A stretch of 64,000 bases of DNA from Parachlamydiales bacterium (GTDB taxonomy: Bacteria; Chlamydiota; Chlamydiia; Chlamydiales; SM23-39): contig JAIBBX010000007.1 of NCBI GenBank assembly GCA_019694475.1, forward strand, positions 9,225 through 73,224, given 5' to 3'. The position numbers were made by a program, and so were the translations under genes. Positions 9,201 through 17,326 of the stretch are shown piece after piece. The stretch's first letter is position 1; each line of letters begins with the position of its first letter. The notes under the pieces were generated by a model. It worked only from the letters and a program-made list of their open reading frames with translations, was not told the origin of the DNA and made no database searches.

Positions 9201-12200
9201 AAGCAGCGGATCCAGTCAAAGTGACGGCCCTTAAAAAGGTGATGTCGTCGTTTGTCGTTGTGATGTCGCCTGCTGTGCTTACCAGTCCCGCTCCATTTTG
9301 AGTGAATGCCCCATCGAGGGTCATATCTGCCGCCGCAGCGATCGAGAGGAGGCCGCTGTTTGTAATGGTGACAGGCCCTGCACTCGTCGTCGTCACTGTG
9401 TTATTGAAGGTGAATGCGCCGCCGGTTAGGCTAACCCCTCCAGCTGCATTCGTGTCGACAGTTCCCGTAAAAGTCGCCGAACCCGTTCCGTTTTGGGTAA
9501 TGGTTGCAGCTCGTACTTGGGGAGCCGTGACGGTCGACGCCGTGTTGATGACGAGGTTTCCGATCCGCGTAGTTCCTCCGATATTGCCACCAAACGAGAT
9601 CATCCCTGTATCGGTTGTGAGAGTCAGGTCTCCTGCGCCGTCGATTACATTCGAGAAGGTAATGCCCGCCGCACCGGGAGTCGTTTGAGTCGTCAAAACG
9701 GTGGAGCCGGATAATGTTACGGCTCTCAAAATGCTGATCGCATCGTTTGTTGTAGAAATGCTGCCAGCGAGCGTCACAGGGCCCGCTCCGTTTTGAGTAA
9801 AGGGTCCGTCAAGAGTCATCGTAGAGGCAAGATTGATTGTTAAAGTGCCACTGTTTGTGACGGTGACCGGGCCTCCTGCTGTCGTGTTGACCGGTGCGGA
9901 GAATGTGACGTTAGTTCCGATAACAGAAATCCCCGGCGCCGTATTGGTGTCAATCGCACCGCTGAAAGTAGTGGTAGCGGAGCCGGAAAGTTGCGTGATC
10001 GAGGCGGCCGTTGTTTGTCCTATAAGAATAGTGGCTCCATTCGTAATAGTGAGAACTCCCAGCCTTGTAACGAAGCCAACGGGTCCAAAAAGGGAAATAT
10101 TGCCGGTTCCTGCTGTGAGAGTTAAGTCGTATCCAACTCCTCCTCTAATGTTGCTTGAGAAGGTGATACTGCCAGCTCCGGCCCCAGTGTTGATGGTAAC
10201 CGGCGCAGTCAAAGTAGTAGTCCTTAAGACGCTCACGTTGTCGTTTGTAGTGGTGATATTGGCCCCGAGAAACACGCCTGCCAAACCATTCTGATTGAAC
10301 GGACCATCTAAGGTTATGGGAGCGCTAGAGGGAATTGTAAGAGTTCCGCTGTTTGTGATCGTCATGGGGCCGCCGGCTGCTGTCACAACAGGGCTGTTGA
10401 TAGTGATCACTGTTCCTGTGAGAGAGATCCCTCCGACAAGGGAGGTATCGAGGGAATTGCCGACCCCGCCGAAGGTCGAGGTGCCGGTGCCGGTTGTCTG
10501 AGTGATTGTATTGGCGCGGATGCCGTTGGTTGTGACATCAAATGCACTGCTGATCGTAAATGTTCCAAGCCGATTGGTGGCGCCAGCAGTACTGCTCACG
10601 ATGATATTTCCTGTCCCAGCTGTCAGGGTTAGGTTCCTTCCTGCGGCGTTGCCGTCTATCAGACCGGTAGCTGGAGCGTTCGGTAAAAAGGAAATATTTC
10701 CCGCTCCGGCACCTGTAGAGAGGGTTACAGTAGCGGCTTGAAGGCTCACATCGCCATTGAAGGTGATATTACTATTGGTCGTTGTGATGCTGGCTCCGGC
10801 AAGCTGAATCCCAGTGTTAGCCGTCGGAGATGTGTACGTCAGCGCACCTGTAATTGCTGCTGTAGAGTTCTGTCTTACGACTGTTCCTGTTGCCGAAAGA
10901 GAGCCAAGGGCCTGAGTATTGCCAATCGCCCCGGTAAATAGAATGGTTCCCGTCCCGGATACTACGCTTAAGTTCCGCGTATTGGCCGCGCTGTCGGCGT
11001 TGAGTGTGGTAGAAACTGTGACACTTGCTCCCGCACCCGAGAAAGTCGTATCGAGAACGGCGTTCGTCGTCGCGGAGCCTCCTGTAAAATTATCGATCAC
11101 GAGCGCGGCCGGTATCAAAATGGGAGTGCTGCTTGTATAAATACCCGCGGCCAGCCTGACAGAGCCACCTGATATGGAAATTGCGTCTGTATACACATCG
11201 CCACGGATGAGGCTTGATCCGGTCGTCGTCAGGTTTACATTTGCGAATTCCCCGCCGCCCATCGAACCAACCCGACCGAACTCGATGGTTCCCGCGCCTG
11301 TGGTGGCTAAACTCAAAGTATGCCCCATTCCAGTTCCCCGGATCGGGCTGAAGAGGATACTAAAGGCTCCCGAAAAATTTGTGAAAAATACGTTCGTTCC
11401 TGTCACGGAAAAATTCTTTCCTGCCGCCAGTAGAACCGATCCGGTGCCGCCGTTTGTGACCGTATCGAAAATGATTTGCCCCCCAGTGCTGCTAACAGTC
11501 GAAAGGGCTCCTGGAGGATTGATGTTGATATTGAACGCACCCCCTGAAGTGGCATTCCTGTAGGTTGCCGCCCCTGTACAGCGAGTGAAATTGCCGTTCA
11601 AGTTGATTGTATCGCGGGCTGTAACGGTTATTGCGCTGGCGCCAGCGGCCGCCATCGTTCCGATATCAGCAAAAGAGATCGTAGCTCCTGTGATGGTTAA
11701 ATTCCCCAGCCGGTTGACCGCCCCGATCGCCCCCGGGACTGTGACCGTTCCCGTCCCGCCTGTGATTGTGAGAGCCTTGCCGATCACATCTCCGTCGATC
11801 GTATTGCCAAAAGTAATATCTCCCGCCCCGGCTCCTGATGAAATGCTAATCGGGGTGGAGGCGCGCGATTGGACGTCTCCCGTCAGCGTAATAGCGGTGT
11901 TCGCCGTGATGATGTTATCAAAAAGGCGGATCCCCGTTGCTGGAGTCGTAGCGGTATAGCTGATGGGCCCGGTAATCGATACGAGCGCTCTTTGGTCGAC
12001 GATAGCGCCGCTCGCCGTGAAGCTCGTCAGTCCCGAGGCGGCATTGTTGAGGAGTACGGTTCCCGTCCCCGCCGTGAGAGTCAGGTTGCGCGTTCCGGAG
12101 AAAACACCAATGGTGCCAAGGGTGATGTCGGCCCCTGCTCCCGAATTGACTGTGCTCACGAAGCTGTTTGTTGTGGCGGGGCCTCCGGTGTAGGTTGCAA

Positions 12201-14505
12201 GTGTGACGCCGTTCGGGATCGAAATCGGAGTGCTGTCGGTATACAGGCTTCCTCCGAGTTGGATGGCGACTGGCGAACTGATAGTGATTGCACTCGAATA
12301 AATATCTCCCCTCAGAAAGATGTTTCCGGAGGCCGTTAATGACGCTGTTGCGAATTCCATCCCTCCCATCGATCCAATATTGCCCAATTCGATAATGCCG
12401 GCCCCTGTCGAAGCTGTGAGAGTTAGGTTGTGGTTCATCCCGGTGCCGCGGATGGGAGAAAAAAGGGTGCCTACTCCTGAAAAATTGGTGAAATAGATGC
12501 CTGCGGCTGTGACGGAGAGATCCTTGCCTAAAGAGAGGAGGACTGATCCAGTCCCGCCTCCAGTTACGGTATCGAATATAATATTATTGGTTGCATTAAA
12601 CACAGCCGTCGCAAGAGAAGGGTTGATTCCTATATTGAAGGCTCCCCCTGTGTTAGCGGATCGAAACGTGATGTTGGTAGCGCGATAATAATCGCCATTT
12701 AGGGTTATGGTATTACTTGCAACGATACTAACTGTCGATGCACCAAGATCGGTCGCTGTTCCGATGTTTGAAAGAGTAACGTTCGCTCCTGAGATCGTCA
12801 GAGGCCCGGTTGTCATCGCGCTATTTTCATAAGCCCCTGTGATAGTTACAGAACCTGTGCCCGCGGAAAAAGTTATTCCCGAAATGATGGATGGTAAAAC
12901 TTTCCCCGCAAAAAGAATATCTCCAGCGCCAGCTCCTGTCGTGAGGGTGACCCCCGCGTTCAGGGCGACATCGTTTAAGGCCCCGCCAGAAAAAGCAATA
13001 TCGCCCCCGTTAGTAGTGATAGCAGATTGCAATGTAGTTCCCGCCCCGGCTTGGAATGTGATCCCGATCCCTGCCCCTGCGATGCTGATGGCATTGACTA
13101 CCGTGATTGTGCTTGATGCGCATAGGACAACATTGGCGCCAGAAGCATTGATGGTGGCTGGAGCGATGGAGCAGGCAGAAGCCATATCGGTGCAGTCGGC
13201 TGCCTGGACGAGAGTGCAAAGACCTCCTATCGCAACTGTAATCGTATTAGGATCTAGCAGCCAGCTTCCTGCTTTACCCTTGGGCGCCATCGCATTTACA
13301 TGCCCTTCGGAAATAGCTAGTGATTGACGGCCCGACGTTTCGACAAAGCCTCCATTGCCGTTTTGCGAACCGCCTTGGGCAAAAATTTTCCCGTCGAAGC
13401 GCGTTATCCCATCAGCCCAAACGATGACTTTTCCCCCATCGCCGCTTGTATAGGCGTTTGATAAAATGGTTGAACCATTATCGATGGAATTGGTTATCGC
13501 AGTACGAGTAGAGCCTTCCCCTTTGTAATCGCCTCCTATGAGAACTGTCCCGCCGCCGAGATCGCCCGACGCATCGATTAGAGCGCCTTCTAGAAAGATA
13601 GAATCGCCCAATACTTTAACAGTTCCTCCAGACTCATGAAGAGATGCGGCGTCGAGAGTTCCAGCTACTCGGACAGAGCCGTCCCCATCGAGAACAATGT
13701 TCCTTGCTTGAATCAAACTCTCACTTAAAATCTCGATCTTCCCATCAATCTCGACAATCTCAGAGCCAAATTCAATTCCATCAGTATTGACAACGCTCTC
13801 GATCACCTGGCTTGCCATCTTAAGAGAAAGGAAAACTTCACTCGCCTCAATGGCCCCAGCAGCTTCAATCATCCCTTTTTTTAGGGCGCCGTCCAACGAA
13901 AAGCCAATCAGGCCATCTCCAGAAAAATCGAGAACGGCTTCTTCTGCCGATCCGAGGATTACTTTACCAAATGATGCTGTTATGAGACCGTCGTTTCGGA
14001 TCTTGGGAGCGAGAAGGACTACCGAACCGTCGGAGGCTGAGATTTCTCCTAATACATCGATTCGGTTTTCTTCCGAACCAGGAACTAGCCGGAAGAGGTA
14101 TTTGTCATCCAAGAAATCTTGCGGATCAATGTGAAGAACCGAGGCGATTAAAGAGCCTGTGTCAACTTTTGCATTCGGACCGAAATAGATCCCATTCGGA
14201 TTGACGAGGAATACTTTTCCATTTGAAGAAAGCTTTCCGAAAATCTCCGATGGCTTTTCTCCCCGAACCCGATTCAAGACCGATGCCTGAGTAGAAGGTT
14301 GGATGAATTGGACTCTTTCCTCATGTCCGATGTCGAACGATTTGTAGTCGAGGATCGCTTTGTCGGAAGCGATCACTTGGAGCGCTTGATTGTCAGGCTG
14401 GGAAATTTGTGCCGAGCCTGAATGGACCGAAATTTCTTGGGGCAAAGCAGCCAGCATCCCAGGAATCATCAGGAGGAGGGGGGAAAGAATGTTGCGCTGA
14501 CCCAT
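6292..14505 (-). CDS. Giant TpsA-type exoprotein (filamentous-haemagglutinin-like), 2737 aa
   Basis: One uninterrupted 8.2-kb ORF with signal peptide MGQRNILSPLLLMIPGMLAALP. The TPS domain reads FIQPSTQASVLNRVRG...VFLVNPNGIYFG...GNGGFVETSG...GSWLLDPNTITV. After that comes a long T/G/A/S-rich repeat region. It starts 12 nt downstream of TpsB copy 1. Confidence 0.9.
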   Translation of the reverse strand: MGQRNILSPLLLMIPGMLAALPQEISVHSGSAQISQPDNQALQVIASDKAILDYKSFDIGHEERVQFIQPSTQASVLNRVRGEKPSEIFGKLSSNGKVFLVNPNGIYFGPNAKVDTGSLIASVLHIDPQDFLDDKYLFRLVPGSEENRIDVLGEISASDGSVVLLAPKIRNDGLITASFGKVILGSAEEAVLDFSGDGLIGFSLDGALKKGMIEAAGAIEASEVFLSLKMASQVIESVVNTDGIEFGSEIVEIDGKIEILSESLIQARNIVLDGDGSVRVAGTLDAASLHESGGTVKVLGDSIFLEGALIDASGDLGGGTVLIGGDYKGEGSTRTAITNSIDNGSTILSNAYTSGDGGKVIVWADGITRFDGKIFAQGGSQNGNGGFVETSGRQSLAISEGHVNAMAPKGKAGSWLLDPNTITVAIGGLCTLVQAADCTDMASACSIAPATINASGANVVLCASSTITVVNAISIAGAGIGITFQAGAGTTLQSAITTNGGDIAFSGGALNDVALNAGVTLTTGAGAGDILFAGKVLPSIISGITFSAGTGSVTITGAYENSAMTTGPLTISGANVTLSNIGTATDLGASTVSIVASNTITLNGDYYRATNITFRSANTGGAFNIGINPSLATAVFNATNNIIFDTVTGGGTGSVLLSLGKDLSVTAAGIYFTNFSGVGTLFSPIRGTGMNHNLTLTASTGAGIIELGNIGSMGGMEFATASLTASGNIFLRGDIYSSAITISSPVAIQLGGSLYTDSTPISIPNGVTLATYTGGPATTNSFVSTVNSGAGADITLGTIGVFSGTRNLTLTAGTGTVLLNNAASGLTSFTASGAIVDQRALVSITGPISYTATTPATGIRLFDNIITANTAITLTGDVQSRASTPISISSGAGAGDITFGNTIDGDVIGKALTITGGTGTVTVPGAIGAVNRLGNLTITGATISFADIGTMAAAGASAITVTARDTINLNGNFTRCTGAATYRNATSGGAFNININPPGALSTVSSTGGQIIFDTVTNGGTGSVLLAAGKNFSVTGTNVFFTNFSGAFSILFSPIRGTGMGHTLSLATTGAGTIEFGRVGSMGGGEFANVNLTTTGSSLIRGDVYTDAISISGGSVRLAAGIYTSSTPILIPAALVIDNFTGGSATTNAVLDTTFSGAGASVTVSTTLNADSAANTRNLSVVSGTGTILFTGAIGNTQALGSLSATGTVVRQNSTAAITGALTYTSPTANTGIQLAGASITTTNSNITFNGDVSLQAATVTLSTGAGAGNISFLPNAPATGLIDGNAAGRNLTLTAGTGNIIVSSTAGATNRLGTFTISSAFDVTTNGIRANTITQTTGTGTSTFGGVGNSLDTSLVGGISLTGTVITINSPVVTAAGGPMTITNSGTLTIPSSAPITLDGPFNQNGLAGVFLGANITTTNDNVSVLRTTTLTAPVTINTGAGAGSITFSSNIRGGVGYDLTLTAGTGNISLFGPVGFVTRLGVLTITNGATILIGQTTAASITQLSGSATTTFSGAIDTNTAPGISVIGTNVTFSAPVNTTAGGPVTVTNSGTLTINLASTMTLDGPFTQNGAGPVTLAGSISTTNDAISILRAVTLSGSTVLTTQTTPGAAGITFSNVIDGAGDLTLTTDTGMISFGGNIGGTTRIGNLVINTASTVTAPQVRAATITQNGTGSATFTGTVDTNAAGGVSLTGGAFTFNNTVTTTSAGPVTITNSGLLSIAAAADMTLDGAFTQNGAGLVSTAGDITTTNDDITFLRAVTLTGSAAFSTGAGAGNIIFQNTINGTVANAENLTLSSGTGDITLSGIVGGGTRVGTFLIGNANNVTTSAITAGSITQTTGSGTTTFGGALDTNTAAGINLAGTNFVLNGAATTTAAGVVTIANSGSLTINTTAPINAAGAFTQTIGPVFLGANVTTANANLSFGGAVSLIPPAVSPIALNSGGGNILFSSTITGGQDLSLTAGLGNVTLTGAAGTPTRLGVLTINSAADVTTAAITAASITQAAGTGTTTFNGALDTNTVSGIAITGTNVTFSAPVNTTAAGPVTVTNSGTLTINLASTMTLDGPFTQNGAGPVTLAGSIATTNDTISFLRAVTLSGATVLTTQTTPGAAGITFSSTIDGGGNLTLTTDTGMISFGGNIGGTTRIGNLVINTASLVTAPFVRAATITQTGTGSATFTSNVDTDALGGINLTGVNFSFAAPVTTTLGSNGPFTVNHSGTLTIPSGANVFADGGFLQTTMSGTQLGANITTRNQNVSFSGPISLTAASAIDVTNGAMTGAGRVLFGAASTVDNNFPFSVTGGDTGTALLPDVVFLAPLGGMSALGSLNVHGGFIDQNAFVLSNGTVTYGSTLLLSANITTIGSDITINSDVIRDTVPLVTVTSGLGAGNIVFNGTIDGDVAGRDLTVQAGTGTASLNGTVGSNVPLGNLIVNGSTVFLFNIGGALSGAATVAANSTSNINLTGTLYTADAQIYTAPGNLNVSGGFPTVITTFLNSNLFNLGGVIQLTNGSDFTILINNLDFILPTVYGTSIENLSVSTGSGTITIGKVGLAAGEIGQVTADGEQITFTNAILAHGVDFVSNTTIKNNPMGPHLISLTGDGSFNGLNGNVGVLGNEISVSALGQIFAGANGPFPSRADFIGSTGDGTIHEIPTNPPCIITLNGIEITSCFTPPAPTPPTPKEIIELIPNTYFFVPSIYAPVYTLADYVYFLEDRADDLIADRRPSLLYWIPNKKGGFRR
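7500..11000 (-). repeat. Tandem in-frame repeats of about 166 aa inside the giant TpsA (at least 6 full units plus degenerate flanking units)
   Basis: The marker codons for I-T-Q sit at 7999-8007, 8497-8505, 8992-9000, 9493-9501, 9991-9999 and 10498-10506, giving spacings of 498, 495, 501, 498 and 507 nt. Units three apart are the most similar (offset exactly 1494 nt). A 64-nt stretch is identical between 8277-8340 and 9771-9834. Confidence 0.9.
10700..12900 (-). repeat. Direct duplication of a unit of about 370 aa inside the giant TpsA
   Basis: The segments ...FDTVTGGGTGSVLLSLGKDLSV...FSPIRGTGMNHNLTL... and ...FDTVTNGGTGSVLLAAGKNFSV...FSPIRGTGMGHTLSL... align throughout. The Met codons of the RGTGM motif lie at 12436-12438 and 11326-11328, an offset of 1110 nt. 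Outer boundaries are approximate. Confidence 0.8.
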
Positions 14506-14517
14506 ATCTAATTTACC

Positions 14518-16260
14518 TTATAAAAACCCTACGCTTACTTTGAAATAATAAAACGGGTTAGATGTTTTTTCTTTGGTAGTGATCGGGAATCCCACATCGA
14601 GAGAAAAATTCACGTTCCAAGGGCCAAAGACCCGTATGCCAGGCCCAGCGCCTGTCAGGTATATCGTTCTCGCCTGATCTTCTCCGCCTCCGTTCAGGAA
14701 GACGCCGCCCGTGTCGACAAATGCAAGAAGTTGAACGAATTCCTTCCATGACTTTTTCATTCCAGGAACCTTCTGGTCGACAAGCCCCGGGATCGGCGTT
14801 CTCAGCTCAAGGTTTGCAAAATAGCCATTATCTCCGAGAGCCGCTGCAAGTTCATAGCCGCGAACGGAATCAAAGCCCCCGATATAGATCTGCTCGGCAA
14901 GAGGGAGTTTATAAAACGTTCCTTGGCCTGAAAAATTGAAGAGGAAGAAGCTGTTTTTCGGAAGTTTTTGAATTCGTTTATAATCGAGATTGAAGATGGT
15001 AAATCTACCTCCTGCGCCTTCTCGGCTGCAGCGCGGATCGACCGCTTTCGAGCCTCCGAGAAAATGGGGGACCCCCACATAGAGAGTTGCGGATCCGATG
15101 TTGCGGCCCCAAAAGCGGTCGTTCCCATCTAAATCGATTCCTGCACCAAAAATTCTTAAACGGTCGACAGAAGCCGTTAGATCCAGAGCGAAGTTGAAGA
15201 GGTTTTTGTAATCAAACGTCGCATATACGTTGCAGTCCAGTTGTTTTTTTCTGACGGCGGCATGGGTCAGTTTTAATTCGGCGACATGAGAGTTGCCCTT
15301 AAGTCCCAAATCTCTTAAAGTTCCCACATTGAAATAAGCGAAAAGATACGAAATCTCGCCTCTAGTTCCTCTTGCGTTCAAAGGGAAATTGTAAACCAGG
15401 TCTGTGAAAGTAAGATCCGCTGGAGGAAATCCGAGCACTTCGGCCACACTAAACTTATCACCATAAACCAAACAATTGCCCCAATCAAAACGAGCCCCAG
15501 TCCGGCTGTCTGTTGTGATGAAAGATCCGTAGTTATTGTAGTCCCAATAGAGATGGATCGGCCGGGAATCTTTCACCTTCAGAATGATGTCCGCGCAGCC
15601 AAATAATGAGCTTTTCTTCAATAGCAGAGCTGCGTTCAAATCCATATTTTCGTTCAAAAGCAAAAGGGCCCTTAAAAGAGTTTCATAATGGACCGGTTTA
15701 TTCTGAAAATCGGTGAAATATCTTCGGACGAACGAATCGCTGTAAAACCGGTTTGATTCAATGCAGATCTCCCCGAGACATCCTTCGAGAATGGCGACCT
15801 TCAGCGTCTTATTTTCAATACTCTGAGCAGGAACATAGGCCCGCGCTAAGATGTAGCCTTGCGCTGCATATTTTGCTTTGATTGCCAAAAGAAGCGTTTC
15901 AATCTCGTGCATGGACATTTCACAGGGGACGTGACAAGACGCAAGCTCTTCAAGCGAGCAGTCAGAGAAGATCGTGTTTCCGGAAAAGGAGATCTTTTCT
16001 ATATAGACTTTCTTCCCCTTCGGTAATGAGAGAGTTTCGCTCGGAACTTCTACATCGAGAAGAGGGATTTCACGGTCAGGGGAAATTTCTTGAGCTCCCT
16101 CATATTGTTTTTCCAATTCCCTCTCGATGATCCCAGCCGAGGAAGATGGAGGGCCGACAAATACTGAGTAGAGGGAAAAGGGAAGGAGCGCGAAAATAAA
16201 TAAAGGAACGAATCTTAAAATTCGTATTTTCAGGAGAATGTTCGTCCAATATTTAATCAA
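14518..16260 (-). CDS. Two-partner-secretion outer-membrane transporter (TpsB, ShlB/FhaC/HecB family), copy 1
   Basis: 580 aa with an N-terminal hydrophobic signal. It has a POTRA-like segment (IEKISFSGNTIFS...YAAQGYILARAYVPAQSIENKTLKVAILEGCLGEI), the barrel motif IGGFDSVRGYE, and C-terminal KVSVGFL. Confidence 0.85.
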   Translation of the reverse strand: MIKYWTNILLKIRILRFVPLFIFALLPFSLYSVFVGPPSSSAGIIERELEKQYEGAQEISPDREIPLLDVEVPSETLSLPKGKKVYIEKISFSGNTIFSDCSLEELASCHVPCEMSMHEIETLLLAIKAKYAAQGYILARAYVPAQSIENKTLKVAILEGCLGEICIESNRFYSDSFVRRYFTDFQNKPVHYETLLRALLLLNENMDLNAALLLKKSSLFGCADIILKVKDSRPIHLYWDYNNYGSFITTDSRTGARFDWGNCLVYGDKFSVAEVLGFPPADLTFTDLVYNFPLNARGTRGEISYLFAYFNVGTLRDLGLKGNSHVAELKLTHAAVRKKQLDCNVYATFDYKNLFNFALDLTASVDRLRIFGAGIDLDGNDRFWGRNIGSATLYVGVPHFLGGSKAVDPRCSREGAGGRFTIFNLDYKRIQKLPKNSFFLFNFSGQGTFYKLPLAEQIYIGGFDSVRGYELAAALGDNGYFANLELRTPIPGLVDQKVPGMKKSWKEFVQLLAFVDTGGVFLNGGGEDQARTIYLTGAGPGIRVFGPWNVNFSLDVGFPITTKEKTSNPFYYFKVSVGFL

Positions 16261-16355
16261 AGTGAAAGCCCCAAAACAAGAATATACACAAAGAAAAAAT
16301 TTGTAGGTAGTGGATTTTCTGATTATTTTGAGGTGATTTTCGATTCAAATGCCAA

Positions 16356-16381
16356 GGGTAATATCAGGGTTGATATTACCC
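16356..16381 (-). terminator. Hairpin just downstream of the prolyl hydroxylase stop; possible weak terminator or attenuator ahead of TpsB copy 1
   Basis: The 11-bp stem is gggtaatatca / tgatattaccc with loop gggt. No clear U-tract follows on the minus strand. Confidence 0.3.
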
Positions 16382-16397
16382 CCGGCATTAACAGCTT

Positions 16398-17057
16398 CTA
16401 ACGGTATTTTTCCATCCGGATCCACTTATTCACAATCCACTTTTCCCCTTCTACGACAGGCGCTCCGCCATGCAGCGACATCGGGTCAGGCTCCCCTTCT
16501 GGATGGCAGTTATAAAACAGAAGAGCATCTCTTTTCTTGGGAACCACTTTGACGCCCGCCTCTGGGAAAACAGTTTCTCCTCCTTTAGCCGGTGTATTTA
16601 GATACATAACTAGGCTCGCATATCTCTGCCCTCCTACAAGTGTGCACTCTACGCCGCCAGCGGTTGATGTATCGAAATAGTCGTAATGAGGCTTAAATTC
16701 GCCCCCTTTTTTATAATGAAGAACTTGGAGCGGCTCCCCTTGATCAATCGAAGTTTTGGTCAGACGGGCGATCCTCTTTTCAACCCGATGCAGAATCGGA
16801 TCTTCAAAGTTTAATAAGTAGGCTCCATCGCTCGTTCTTTGATCGACAACCAAGCCATCTGACTGGTCTCCTTCGGGATCTACTACTACAGCTCGTTCGA
16901 GATTAGGGGTTGCTTCCCGAATGAAATATTCGCACTCCTCGTCTGTTAGGAAGTTATGAATGAGCATGATTCTCGGAGATTTGCTTAAGGTTTCAACAGT
17001 ATAGTCGCCGAAGACAAGCGAAGAAAAAATCATGAAAATCGGAATGAAAGTTCTCAT
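16398..17057 (-). CDS. Prolyl 4-hydroxylase-like 2-oxoglutarate/Fe(II) dioxygenase with an N-terminal signal peptide
   Basis: The pattern is that of the P4H alpha-subunit catalytic domain: HYDYF (HxD), GGETVFP, and HGGAPVVEGEKWIVNKWIR. The N-terminus MRTFIPIFMIFSSLVFG looks like a signal peptide. Confidence 0.8.
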   Translation of the reverse strand: MRTFIPIFMIFSSLVFGDYTVETLSKSPRIMLIHNFLTDEECEYFIREATPNLERAVVVDPEGDQSDGLVVDQRTSDGAYLLNFEDPILHRVEKRIARLTKTSIDQGEPLQVLHYKKGGEFKPHYDYFDTSTAGGVECTLVGGQRYASLVMYLNTPAKGGETVFPEAGVKVVPKKRDALLFYNCHPEGEPDPMSLHGGAPVVEGEKWIVNKWIRMEKYR

Positions 17058-17326
17058 CGGGATAATCTCCTTTTTTGAGAGAAGTTTAATTCAAATTAAA
17101 CCGATTTTCCGATTCTTAACAACAATTTTCACCCCCTCCAGATTGCCGCGGGTTGATTAATTAAATTTTGTGTTTATGTTTAAGTAGCTTACGTAGAGCT
17201 TCTTACGTTTTAAAATAAAGTCTACTAATTGTGGCGTAATGGTAATTGTAGTAATATGAATACAGGCGAGTTATTTAAATGTGACATCTCCTGATAATTT
17301 AATAATGTAAAAGATTGGAGGTTGTT

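Noticed and set aside
7985-9910. The near-identical repeat pair in the giant TpsA was considered as a diversity-generating retroelement template/variable-repeat pair.
   Set aside because: Differences between the copies are not confined to adenine positions, both copies are in-frame parts of the same tandem array, and no reverse transcriptase or accessory gene is present in the window.
6461-13327. More than 30 plus-strand ORFs of 60-170 aa tile the region antisense to the giant TpsA gene (for example 7850-8302, 8798-9301, 9833-10294, 12839-13327).
   Set aside because: All lie inside and antisense to one uninterrupted 8.2-kb ORF with clear TPS homology. Their P/V/A-rich translations are the mirror image of the T/G/A-rich repeats and repeat with the same period. 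They are shadow ORFs.
2196-16260. The TPS locus was considered as a contact-dependent inhibition (CdiBAI) toxin-immunity system.
   Set aside because: I saw no VENN/pre-toxin-like motif. No small immunity ORF follows either TpsA, because each is directly ATGA-coupled to the next large gene. In addition, two TpsA C-termini are conserved rather than polymorphic.
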